Source: Bugula neritina (lineage: Eukaryota; Animalia; Bryozoa). From it: DNA of 64,000 nucleotides. This document shows positions 1 to 12,296 of this stretch, one piece after another (positions within the stretch are counted from its first letter, which is position 1; each line of letters starts with the position of its first letter). Location: positions 29,156,628 through 29,220,627 of the forward strand of contig OZ037767.1 of the NCBI GenBank assembly GCA_964035545.1. Reading direction: 5' to 3'. Below the pieces are notes generated by a model, which saw nothing but the letters and a program-made list of their open reading frames with translations, did no database searches and was not told the origin of the DNA. Both the position numbers and the translations under genes were made by a program.

Positions 1-348
1 AAAGTTAGTTTTTATAGCAATGATTATTTAAGTTACAAAATTAATCAAAATCACTAATAGATTACCTGAAAAGTAAATAATATTGTAACGAGTTTTTATT
101 TAACAAGATTATGATGGCCCATGTGAACATCTCTGTCACAACAACTTTTTTAAATTGAAGAAATAAATTTAAAAATTCGGCTGAGTATACACGTCCTATG
201 AACTAAGACGGAGAATGAATAATCATTTTACTAGAAAATTATTATTCTGAACCAAAAGTATTTTGTGTGCTAGTATAGAATTCCACAACAATCAAGGTGC
301 TGAGAACTTAAATGATAGAAATAAAATGAGATGTAATGAATCTGCATA

Positions 349-3300
349 CCCGAATTCGGTAACCAGATTCATTAAAACTGGATGCTCTGATTGGACGCTT
401 AACTGACTCCGAATGGAAAGCTTCTTTTTCTCTTTTCAGTGACTTGGATTTGCCAACGGATAAGTTAAGAGATCTGGTCGAGGCGGGTGACCCCATTACT
501 GACCCGGCACTGTTGTGCCGTAAACGCCCGCCAAGGTCACTAGAAGGTGAAACATTGGGCGAGTTTGGAGAAAAACTGTGATTCTTTATTTTTCTCAAAG
601 ACTGTTTAATAGAGATTGGTTCAGTGGTGCTTGAGCTAACAATACCAGGGATAGAGTTTCGGTGGCGAATGCTCACGTCAGGCACCATGAGTTCCTGATT
701 TTCCAACATAGAATTGAAGTTAACAGCATCCAGTGACGGTGTCGGTGTCACTTCATTAGCAGCGGCCTGAGTTGTGGGTATTTCTATTGGCGCTGTTTCA
801 TTAGAGTCTGTAACAGTGGCAGAAGTTAATTGATTTACCATAAGTGACTGCACATTGTCCTCAGAGCAAGTTCGAGCAACGACAGTGTCTAAAGAAGAGG
901 GAGGTGTACTTTCGTCTGCAGATTCAAGTTCAATAGTGAATTTCCTGTTGATATTCATTGGCGGGGTCTCTGGTACAGAAGCAGACGTTGACTCATCTAC
1001 AGATGGTGACTCATCAACAGCTGTTCCACACTCTGGTACTTCAGAGAGCTGTGTGCACTCATCTGGTGAATCATTAAGAAGTGCTCCACTTGAGCCATCT
1101 GCTTCCTCTTTAGTCAAGAACTGAGGTTCATTTTCACTTATTTTATCAACAAGCGACTCCAAATCTTTTGCACTGACTGATGGAGTTTGAATATTGCAAT
1201 CGTCTGATGAACTACAAACCGTGAGAGAGTTGTCATCACTTTCCACATCATCTTTTGAAGTGTTGGCATCAGAAACATCCGTTTTGTTCGTGAAGATTTC
1301 ACGAAAGTCTGAAGTATTACATAATTTCTCCCGACAAGAAGAGCTTTCAGCTGTTTGTTGTGTGTCACTGGTTTCCACATTTACATCATCACTGCCTTCA
1401 TGTTTTATAAGTAACTGCAAATCCTTTCCTCCTAATGCAAAGTGGACTCCTAGATTAGTGAAGGTAGAAACAAACCAAAGATTAGATTACATAATCACCA
1501 TTCAATATTTAGATAAGATAAGGCCACCAGGTGTATGTACTGTGTACTAGACTGTAACAAAAGTCCATAGAAAAGGTGTGCAAAAAGAGATATATAATTT
1601 GATACAAGTTGGCAAAAACCAAACCTAGAATGCAAAGATATTTTTTTTACCGATATAAACATCAAAAGTCAAGTTAAAATGAGCTAGAATTGATGGAAAA
1701 TAATCCTTGTACAATTCTACCTATTCATATTGAAGATAAATTGTTAAATTACAGTTGAATTGGTATTTCAACCAGGTTTACTAACAACATTTTTGGGACA
1801 GTAGAAGCGACATGTGCATATTCCAGTTAAAGATGAACAAGAATTTTGCTACAATGTACTCGGTTAAATTATCAAGGGTTGCATTGTACACAATGTTTCA
1901 TAAGATACATACAATATTATGCAAGTATTAGATATAGAGATAGTGAGTTATCATTGGTTAATGGATCAGACAATGCCATCACCTTTATCTGCAGAGGTAT
2001 TTGCGCTACCTGTACTAGTGTAGCTAGTACTGGTGATAGACTGAGTTGTGCCGTTAGACTGAGTTGTGCAGTTAGACTGAGCTGATAGCAGACTCTGAGT
2101 GTCTGACGGATCAGAAGTAAAGAGCTCCTCCTCCTCTCCCGTCTCTTCGTCAATCGCATCCACAAAGTACCGGTCGGTGTTTTGGCTTTCAGAATCGGAT
2201 CTAATCTCAATCGGAAAATCTGAAATAATCAACAAACATATGAGTTGCATTTTTGTGATATAAAAAAATTGATTGATTTTTTTTTGTATTTTGTTAACTC
2301 AATATGATTTGACATGAGTAAACTTTAAATTTGCTGATTAGTCATAAACAGTGCAAACTGTTGCTTTAATTTAATATTTGGTTAGAATTACAGCTTCTGT
2401 AAATGACTGTAAGAGCATATAATATAAAAGTCTACTGAAGATAGTCAACAAAACACAAAAAAAGAGCAGAGTTTTCTAAGCAGTAAAGTTGTGACATTTA
2501 AACAGTAACAAAGTGGGTTCGCCAGCAAAGCTACGACAGCGTAAGATGTACCGTCTTCACTATCCTCGTTTGCTGTGTCAGCAGACTGCTCCTTTCTATA
2601 TACTTTACTACAGAGATCTTCTGGGGCCAGGTGGCTGGGAAAGTATGCCAGAGAGGCCAACAGCATCAGCAACATATCATATGTTGACAAGGCTCTGTCT
2701 TTTTCACTAAAACAATGCCCTACGTGGTATCATTGTTTGGTTAGCAGCACTAAAATACTTACTCAATGATATCATTATTGATCAGTAGCATATAATAAGG
2801 TACAAATTCTGCCATCACCTCTATATCTTTTGAACTATTGAGATTTACTGAATCAATTATCATAATGATATGAGCATTAGAAAAATAAACACAGATAAAT
2901 CAATATTTTATGAACACACTATATCCGTACAATAAATAACATATTTTTGAAGTGTGAAAAAACACCAAGTCTTGAGCTTTTTAATATTCTGCAAAATGTG
3001 TGTAACAAGTGGGACCACAATTTCAAACAAAATATAGATACTAGAGCAAAAAATATAAAGCTTTTCATCTTTTTAACATAAAATTAGAATATATCAACAT
3101 ACATTTTCTGATCAAATTACCTATTAGCATTTAGCCTTTATACCAAACTCACAATTTTATCATTTTACAGTTAAACTATAGTTTAAACCCTCAACCCACA
3201 GCATGTATATAACTGTTATAAAGATATTCACCTTGAACTAAACTTTAGAACTTTACTTTCAACTACCAGCATGGTGTGAATAACATGATCATATGTACAG

Positions 3301-4614
3301 CCCATCTGGTGCTTGACTACACGACGAGCTTCATTTAGAATTGCGTCAAATTCATCTTTGACGGAAGTACTTCCCTCAACTCGTATATTCAAACACAACT
3401 CTTCAACAGCCTGGGTGTAGTAACATGCAGGAATGTCAAGGAACTTACAGGCACAAATTGCTTGATTTGTAAATTAAAAAATTACAAAATTTTAGGAAAA
3501 ATTTGTTTGTTGTTTTTTGAAAGAAAAATAAAATAAAAACTATTGCAATAAATTGGCTTATTCTAAAAAAAGAGTTCAAAAATATTATGTCTCTGCAAAT
3601 TACATTCATGAAGAAATTCAAGAATTTCTCGCTAATGAGTTTTTTAAATTTTTAAATGGCGGAGAGCTTTGTAGAACACATAAACTAAACACTTCTATTG
3701 CTCAACTGCCATAAATCATATCTACAAGATAGGAGTGGAAACTAGCAACTGCTGCTAGTAAACAAATCACAAACTTGCAATTAGAAAGAGCATTTATCAG
3801 GCTTTAGAGTGAAAAAACTTTAGAAAATGAAAAAGTGAGTTGATTTCAACAAAAAGATATCTACAAGACTGTTAACAACTTGTGTAATTTAGTAAGACAT
3901 TTTTATCCATTTTCTTCATGTTTAATAAAGTGAATACTTGGTTTATTACCTCTACAAGGTAGCACTGTTCAGAGTGTAAGAGTTCGTGCCATTTGTTCAG
4001 TAGCAGAGAGATAATATTCCAGCAATGTCTTTTGCTACTTAGTGCAAGGCGGCCCAGATAATAGTCATATGATGGGCCGTAGAGAAAGGTAATTATAGAG
4101 ATGAGAGTATCAAGTCTCCGATCAGCTTCATACAGACTGGCACCAGCTACAGAGAAGCTAGTACATTCAAATTTAATACAAAGACAGGTTATTTTATTAT
4201 TTATTATTATTATGCTATGATATAATTTTATTGTTTATTATTATTATGTTATTATATTATTTTATTGTTCATTATTTGAATTATTTTAGAATATGATTTA
4301 CTTGTACCTAAATCATTTGAGACTCCAGCAAACAGTAATAAGCCATCAGCTGGTTCTTTAACCAGAAGTCTAAAGCCATTTAAACACTCGATATTTTGAA
4401 CTGATGAATAGCCTTTGGCAAGTTTCCTTTGCGCCAGGACAAGATGTGAGAACATATACGACACTTTGTCGATCTCAGCGGCTAAAGACGCTTTCTTGGA
4501 GTCTGGTGTATCAATTAAACTCTGAACATACGAAAGAAACGAGTCATCTCGTTCGTAGAATAAAGGAATCCTCCCTGTGGTAACGTTCTTTGTGCACAAC
4601 CAGATTACCCACAT
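349..4614 (-). CDS. HPS1: HPS1-like (BLOC-3 subunit), multi-exon, 3' end outside window. Exons ~4614-4308, 4146-3950, 3411-3231, 2706-2551, ~2219-1984, ~1449-349
   Basis: The spliced translation matches recalled HPS1 motifs in order: N-terminal 'LFY..D..F', 'HELLHSEQCYLVE|AVEEL' (human 'REQEQCFAVEALERL'), 'HTMLVVESKVLKFSS' (human 'HAFLLVHSKLLAFYS') and 'DMLLMLLASLAYFP' (human 'DLLALILLVQDLYP'). GT-AG junctions checked by eye have matching phases. Confidence 0.75.
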
Positions 4615-6020
4615 CCTGTCATATCAAGTTGAAGCTATTCCATTTGCGCCAAACTATTAACATCAAACAACACCTCACCGCATATAAAGCCAATAATAGG
4701 CCTACTACTATTTTTTACATACTATATCATTTTAATACATATGATAGATGCATATAATTAGACTGTGTACATAAGTTACATGTTAATTCATGTTAAATCA
4801 AGGATAAGGCTATTTCTTAAAATTTAGAGCATTGATTATTTTATTAAAAAATTATTTTTGCTTACAATAGTATTTCATATACAACTTCCTGATGTTGAGA
4901 CACACTCCATCAGTCTATGTATTGGCTTAATTATAAGTGATAGAAACAAAATGAATATAACAATCTCACATCTTCAAATTATAGCCCAACAACACCGTAG
5001 TACTCTATTTTTATATACATTTATCTCTATAGGTAATAGTTTTGGCATTTAACGGATGTTCCCGTTACACTAAATTTAAACTTAGTCTTATAGTTATATT
5101 ATGATATAAATAATGGAAGCAGTAAGATTAATTATGGTTAAACTCAATAAACTTGGACTTTTCTTGATCAATCATCAATGCCATTACATGTAGAGTATGG
5201 ATAATATTAATAGTAATAATCATTATCAAATGAAATAGTCAACAAAGCATTGATACTGATATTTAATGCCATAGACTATGGCATTATTATGATATTTATA
5301 TTGATGGTTGCAAACACAATCACAATGACAATGTGAAATTGAATGTTATGTTGACAACCACACTCAAACGGTGATTGGTTTTAGTAGCTATCATAACTAC
5401 TACTAGTATAACTACGACTATAGAGTTCATATGGCTGACACTGACACCGATTGCTGATTAGACAGTAGTGAGTAGACTAAGAATTAAAGACTAGGTCTAG
5501 TAATCAGTGGTACTGGTAGTACTAGTTTGATGCTAAGCTCAAGTGACTAAATCTAATAGTAATTGTAATATTAATTTAAATCATTATATTATTAATATTA
5601 TTTATTATAAATTGAAATAGTGAAATAAGTTTACTTTACCTTCCCATTATTACTTAATAGTTATTAGTATTACCATTATTATTAATATTAACCATTATAT
5701 TTATAGTCAAGATGTTATTAACTTATACTTATAAGTTATAGTTATAGTTTAAGTTACAGTTATTGTCATTGCGATACTCATACTGATAGTCACTATGGTA
5801 GTGACTGTAACTTTGAGTTTGTGAAATGATAGCAAAATTGAAAAGGTTAATTTAAATTCAGTTCACATACTTTAACTTTACAAAGTTTAAAACCAGCGTG
5901 GTGAGCAATTGCACTAACCTTTCTAACGCTTCGCATTAGCCTATAACTAAGTACAATATGGAGATCTTTCTGAATTAAAATGATGATGTTTTTATTTCAT
6001 AATTCTCCACTGGAGTTAAC

Positions 6021-6041
6021 CACGTGAAAATCACGTGATTG
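6021..6041. promoter_or_regulatory. Tandem E-boxes (CACGTG 6021-6026, TCACGTGA 6031-6038) with an overlapping ATTGG (reverse CCAAT), putative HPS1 promoter
   Basis: Sequence ccacgtgaaaatcacgtgattgg lies just upstream of a putative non-coding HPS1 first exon (minus-strand donor GTTAGT at ~5918). Confidence 0.5.
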
Positions 6042-6535
6042 GGAACGCAACTTTTCTGAGATCAAATAAAAATCATCGCATAGCTGATATGGACGTTTAT
6101 AGGCTACAGGTTATGGAAGAACCAAACGTACTCAAATCAGCACCCCCTCCCCCCTCCTGTAGACATAATAATTATTATTATGATTATAACTTGCATTGTC
6201 TTTGTAAAACCTATCAACAAACTCTCAGTCTAACACGTATGGATTTGGTTATAGCACCATCATTGTATGCTAACCTTATGATGTGTTATTGTATAAAAAC
6301 CTTCTTTATAATAGGCTATAGTGTTCATTATTTATTATAAAATATCTCCTTTTTACTTCTTTTTCAGAATTTGGATATAAACATCTCATCTTGTTTCATG
6401 ATATAAAACAACCAAAAACTATGAAATATATAATTTTATAAAGGTTACATTACTGAAGGTGTCCCCACAGATCGAGTTATGTTATACATATATAAAATTA
6501 GATGTCCATAGAAGTAATATCATCATATTAATTTT

Positions 6536-8350
6536 CTATATCGGTTCTATGAATGATGAAGTGGTCTCCCCATTTTTACATATTTTGAGTGATGTGGGTT
6601 GTTCGGAATTATGATTTGAGTTTTCTTCGGCGTAAATAAGTGAAATGCAGTCAGCAGAAATGGGTACAGCTGGTTTCCTACTCTGCTCTGCATCAAGAAG
6701 GGCTTCTTTCTTCTTTTCTCTTAAAAAAATTATCACGTATTCAAAAAGCTTTATTAATTTTAGACAAATAAAATATAAAAACAACTTGTCTATTGAGTTA
6801 TTTGACAAAATTAGAGGCTTTAGTTACTATACACATGCCTTATTTCAAATTTTACAAACTCTTGTGATTTCTTTGATTCATAAAAGTATTTAATCAGAAG
6901 AATTGAAAAGAGTGACTGTATAAACTTACCTTTTCATGAAATGATGCACTACAATTATTGCTACGATGAATATCACAGCTCCTGTCCCAATGCCCATTGG
7001 TATACTGGAAGAGGCACCTAAAGACAAACTACTACATTATATTTAATAAACAGTCTTTAGTTCATTTACTATTTTATTGTTTGAATCTGGGGCTATGTCA
7101 GATGATATAGTTTTAGCAAGTATGCATAAAAAAATAGCTATGCTCTGTACTAATAAAAAGTAAATTCAAGAATTTTCTTTAATGACATAATATGGTACTT
7201 TAATATAGCCTACATATAAGAGACATATATGAGCTGTATATGCAACTGTAGCAACAGCACAACATAATCTAATAGTACTAGAAGATCAGAAACAATTAAA
7301 CTGTATATATATGTTACTTTTCTAATCAGGCATTATCTTAGAGTGATAAAACCACACAAACTAAACATTGTTTTTTAAAAGTTCCCAGACACTATTTCTA
7401 TTCAAAAAGATTATAAAGTTAATATAGTTTGATATTTCATTATATTTTTATGATTAACAATTATCAGCTAGAACTGTGAGAAAATAATTATAAGTATCTA
7501 TTAGCAGGTAACTCCATTTAAACACTATACAATAATATACACATTATATTATATAAATAATGTAATGACAACGGCTATGTATAATGTGTAATAATATGTT
7601 ATTGACATATACTTTATGTCAGAGGTGTAATATATATGGCATTGGATAGCAGTGAAAAATTACTTGCAAATATTGAGGTTAACCTAAACCCTAAAGACTG
7701 TATAAACTCTATCACAAGTTACAGCTGATTGATTACACTAAATATTGCACTATAAATTATATAGAGTTATACTCACAACTTTTTCCAAAGAGTTTAGCCA
7801 GAACATAGTCACTCCCTTGCAGGTGCTTGGCACAACCTTTATCTTCAGGAGTAGTCGTTTCTCTGATGACATTTTTCAGAGTTAGATTAGCAAGAGTTTG
7901 TAGTGGATACGAGGTGTTGTAGCTTACAGAAAGGAGATTCATGACTTTCTATAAAACATTAAGGAAAATTTATTGTGTCGACTTGATGTGTTTGCTGCAT
8001 AATACAGACTATATTTACATCTCATAAGTATATATTTTAGAGGCACATAAAGCAGATGCAGATTTGTAATGCTTCAACAAATATTAAATATAATCATCAA
8101 ATGTGCAATGAACAAAGCAATTGATGCAATTATATAACTAGTTTATTATAAAGAAAATTATTTACAGCTAATTGATGTTTTAGCAAATATTAAAATTAGC
8201 TAAAGCATATAAACTAATTATATATTATGTGCTATGGGGCTGCCCAATATTTCTGAATAGCGCATCTACTTACCCATGAAAAGCTTGTATATGCCTGAAG
8301 GAATATGTACAGAGCAAGTAGCAGGTAGAGCAGTATATGTGAGCTCAGCA
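6536..8350 (-). CDS. Uncharacterised small type-I membrane protein. Exons ~8350-8274 (signal-like), 7948-7776, 7017-6930 (TM), ~6720-6536; start codon not found
   Basis: Canonical donors (GTAAGT/GTGAGT) and consistent phases join 'LLYLLLALYIFLQAYTSFSW|KVMNLLSV...GKS|C..GIGTGAVIFIVAIIVVHHFMKR|EKKK...EPI*'. The hydrophobic segment is followed by a basic stop-transfer cluster. Confidence 0.5.
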
Positions 8351-9437
8351 ACTTTTCATATTATAATTTCAACTCTTGATTAACTTACACACTATTTTAA
8401 AGTATGTGTGCAAGATTTATATACACTATACTGTCGCAGACAACTGCCAGCAGGTTGATGCTTGCATTAGTTGTCAGTAATAAGATGGCAGATGAAAGCA
8501 GGTAGTGCCAGTTAGTTATATTACAACCCCTTGAGGACGCAGTCTGTTACATGTTATGCATATTTGCCAATAAAATATTCAACTGCAATGACAAACTTCC
8601 ACATCTGTATTGTAAACTCAATGAGCCAAACACTAGACGAAAGCATAATGTGTAAAAAATCAATTTTATACCAATAGAATATGAATGGCTGAGTTGAAAC
8701 TCAATAGTATTGAACTTGTCCTCTTATTTACCAGCAGCCATGCAACACTGATACTTTTTACAGACTAGTATATCAATAACATGTCGGCCAATAACGAGGA
8801 AAAATATAATTTATATAAAAATAATCATGCAAAAGTGTGTATGCTTTGCGAAGTTTATTTATTCCCAAGAGCCACATAAAATATTAAGACTAGCCACTAG
8901 CATTTCATAGTCTCAGAAAGGTGCTACACAAACTATAAACCGAACTGCTATTTTGTATACAAGTAAAACACTAGACTAATTTCATTCAATTACACATAAA
9001 AATATTGCATTATAACTTTGTAGAATTAAAAAATTGAGCAATTCATTTATTTACAACTCAGGTAACTCTAATTTTTTAGCACCGGGTCTTAATAAAATAC
9101 AGAGTTTATAACCATATGCTAATAGTAACAAATATTTGCACCTTATAACAAAATAAATTAGTATTTTTTATACAAATAAAAACAATTACATTGATAATAT
9201 AAAGTATTGCAACCATAAATGATATAAATAGAAAATCATATACTATAAACTGATGAGAATTCCTGAATACTGAAGGCGAATTGGCATAAAACTAGAGTTA
9301 TCTTCTCTTTTCTAGTGATCTGCTCAACATAAGAAATCATAGTAAACCATACAGAATTAATCGAAATAGAAACGAATACTGCATGCAGAAAAGATGCATC
9401 TCGACTCTCAGAAAAGAGTGCTTAGCAATATGCAGAA

Positions 9438-9566
9438 ATATATGATACGAAATGCAGACAGGGATATGATACGGAATGCAGACAGGGATATGATACGGAA
9501 TGCAGACAGGGATATGATACGGAATGCAGACAGGGATATGATACGGAATGCAGACAGGGATATGAT
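9438..9566. repeat. 24-bp minisatellite (GATATGATACGGAATGCAGACAGG) x~5
   Basis: Direct tandem copies are visible; they explain the spurious ORFs 9394..9624 and 9408..9605. Confidence 0.95.
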
Positions 9567-9903
9567 ATATCGTAACATGTGCTTTAATCTGCAGATAGAT
9601 AGCACACTACTTTACATATTATAAATTACAGATCTGTGATACTATACACACAATAGATTGTGATTCAAACAGCACTCTAACATTATAAAAAAAACATTTG
9701 CATGCAACTAATATTTTAAAACGCAAGATTATTGTTGTGACTCTTTCCACCAAAACATGAACTTAGGGCACTATACAATAAGGGGGTTCAATCGCGATAT
9801 GTTAAACATGCTTATATGCTGTTACTTTGAAAAGCAATGCACCATAACAAAATTATCACACCACCTTTCCAAAAGGGAACAGAACTGATTTCATCCTGAC
9901 ATG

Positions 9904-10643
9904 CACCGGCTTTCCATGGATCGATCTCAGATCGATCTCGGCGAGATCGATCCATGGAAAGACGTCAAAGATGGATCTCAGTCGGTCTGTAGAGCTCGGA
10001 CTCAGATCGATTTCAAGGCAATAAGACCATGGAAAGACGAAAATTCGATCCGAGAAGTAGAAAAATGACTGCTCGCAAAAATGTTGTCTGCTAATGAAAA
10101 TGATAAATTATTGTTAATTACTAAGCAAAGTACTTAATAATTATGATAGCTACCTTTTCAGGTGGCAAAACTTTGACTTTCATCAAAATTATTAAGAAAG
10201 CTCAATTATGTAAAATTATAGAAGGTAGAAGATAGAAAAAGTGGGAGCATTTAAATTGAATTTAAATTACTGGTAAAACTTACTTTCATTAGTTGTTTGC
10301 TGCTTAATTTTAAGCCTAATAGTTTATGAATAATCTGCATAACAGCTATTAATTTTATATAAGCTGTCAAGCTAAAATATTAAATTTAATTATCTCAAAT
10401 TGGCCAAATTACTTCATACTAAAAGCTTTACTGCGCAGAGTTTACAGCTGGCGTTAAATTTTAGACTGCGGAAATTTTGTTTTTCAACAGCAGCAGCTTT
10501 TATTACTCAGGTGGGTGAAAAAATTATACTATTTAAGTACCCTTCACTTAAGAGGAGGCAACTCCGCGAGATCCATCTGACACTCTCATGGAAAAACGAT
10601 CGATCTGAGCACATGTCTGAGATGGATCCATGGAAAGCCCGTG
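9904..10643. mobile_element. Non-autonomous DNA transposon (MITE) with CAC...GTG ends and ~28-bp TIRs
   Basis: Left CACCGGCTTTCCATGGATCGATCTCAGA versus right TCTGAGATGGATCCATGGAAAGCCCGTG (2 mismatches). Subterminal copies of CCATGGAAA/GATCGATC. No coding capacity and no clean TSD. Confidence 0.8.
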
Positions 10644-11143
10644 ATTGGGACATGAACTTATGACATAACTTGTGACATGAACTTACCCCTAGTACTCAGT
10701 GGTCTTCTACCATCCGGTATTTTTTTAGTAAACTTGAAACTGACTGAGTCTACATACAAATACAACAAAGGAGGGCTAAAATACACCATATAGGTATTAT
10801 CTAAACATTCTAAAGTTATAGAGTATTTATTTTCAATTTTTTTCTCTTTTTACATTATACAGCATACTTTACAGCATAGAAACAATATATTGATTAAAAT
10901 AAACAAGCCTTCAGTTTTTTAATGATATAACAAAGTGTCAAGTGACAGAAGACTTTGAAAATAGATGTAAATCTCATCCTTTAACCGAATAGGTTAATTC
11001 ACTGACTGAATTTAATGAAGTTTCACTCTTTAAAATTTTCTAAAGAATAAAAACTCACACATTAAGTAGTCATGTATCAGAAATGTTCAATTTGAGCTTT
11101 CAATTCAGGATAAAACAACTTCAGGAAATACTACATACCTTTC

Positions 11144-12296
11144 CTAACGTTGAAACGGCATTATATATTTAAAGAAAGGTTCTTTGATTTCTTCAATTAG
11201 TTCCCTGGGTATATGCAAGTCTTTCACATCTGCGTTGGTCTTTTTACGAACATATTTTATGCACAGTTCTCTCAGTGTGTAAACTGCAAAAAGAAGTTGT
11301 ATTAGAAGTTGATAATAACAGCAACCACATCATAATAACATAAAATCAGAAGGTACAGCCGCAAACCTACAGCATGACCACAACTGACAAATACTTAATG
11401 TATATTTCTATAATGTAAACTATTTTAGCTATACGCATAAAACTGCTCAACATTTCTCTTGTCACTGCAACAATGTATAATCTTATTGGTTGGTGACTTT
11501 GTGTGGTTTCTAGAGTTATAATAGAACTACTTATATACTGGTGGCCATTATTAAGTTATAATAAGATGGAAGAGATGTAGCAGAAAACACCTCTCACATA
11601 TCACCTACACTATTATACAACTAAGAAACTAACTTTCTAAAAACTTATGATATCAAAACACAACAAATCATTGTAACAAAATGACAGACAACAATATCAT
11701 AAATATTTTCAAACAAAAACAGATAAATTGAACCAACCGGTTTCAAACTACCTGGTACAGTGACACACAATAACACAGGCCGCTTGTCCTGAGCCGTGAC
11801 TCCATTTTTGTTCCATGGCTCACAAACCCATATACTTTTGTTCTTAATGAGAAGCCTCTCTTTGGTAACACTGTTGATGGCAATCCAAAGATGACCGGCA
11901 AAACTCTGCACCACTACCCATTTGCCGGGCTGAATAGAATGATAGTACATGACTCCTTTGCCCTAAATATAAATTAGTAAAGTTTAAAGCCTACGTAATC
12001 AAAATGATCTGACATTATTGAATTGTAAATTTATTGTAAATTAAAAAAACAATGCAAAACCGTAGTTATGCAAATTAACCAACAAGAAAATCCTAGCAGA
12101 CGCAGTAAAGTATAAAAAGACTAGTATATTTCTAATAGTCGTGTAATCAGATCACCTGAAAGTTGATCCATATTATAGATATAGATGTATTCTTTGTCAA
12201 ATTACAAAATCGAAGAATTGATGGAACTTTTCCCTTTCGGTCTGACGCGATGCCTCGGTAATCTTGTGGGTATGTTAGTTCACAAGCTGATATCAT
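11144..12296 (-). CDS. VHL: von Hippel-Lindau protein homolog. Exons 12296-12156, 11962-11752, 11283-11144
   Basis: 'LRFCN..IIWINFQG..YY..PG..QSFAGHLW' matches the VHL beta domain, with equivalents of W88, Y98, S111, H115 and W117. 'PVYTLRELCIKYVR...LHIPRELIEEI' matches the BC/cullin box. Confidence 0.92.

Noticed and set aside
855-1550. Antisense ORFs over the large HPS1 exon
   Set aside because: Shadow frames of a Ser/Asp/Glu-rich coding exon.
9394-9624. ORF with MIRNADRD repeats
   Set aside because: Artefact of a 24-bp minisatellite; no splice or homology support.
10400-10663. ORF inside the MITE as a transposase remnant
   Set aside because: No recognisable DDE or DNA-binding motif.
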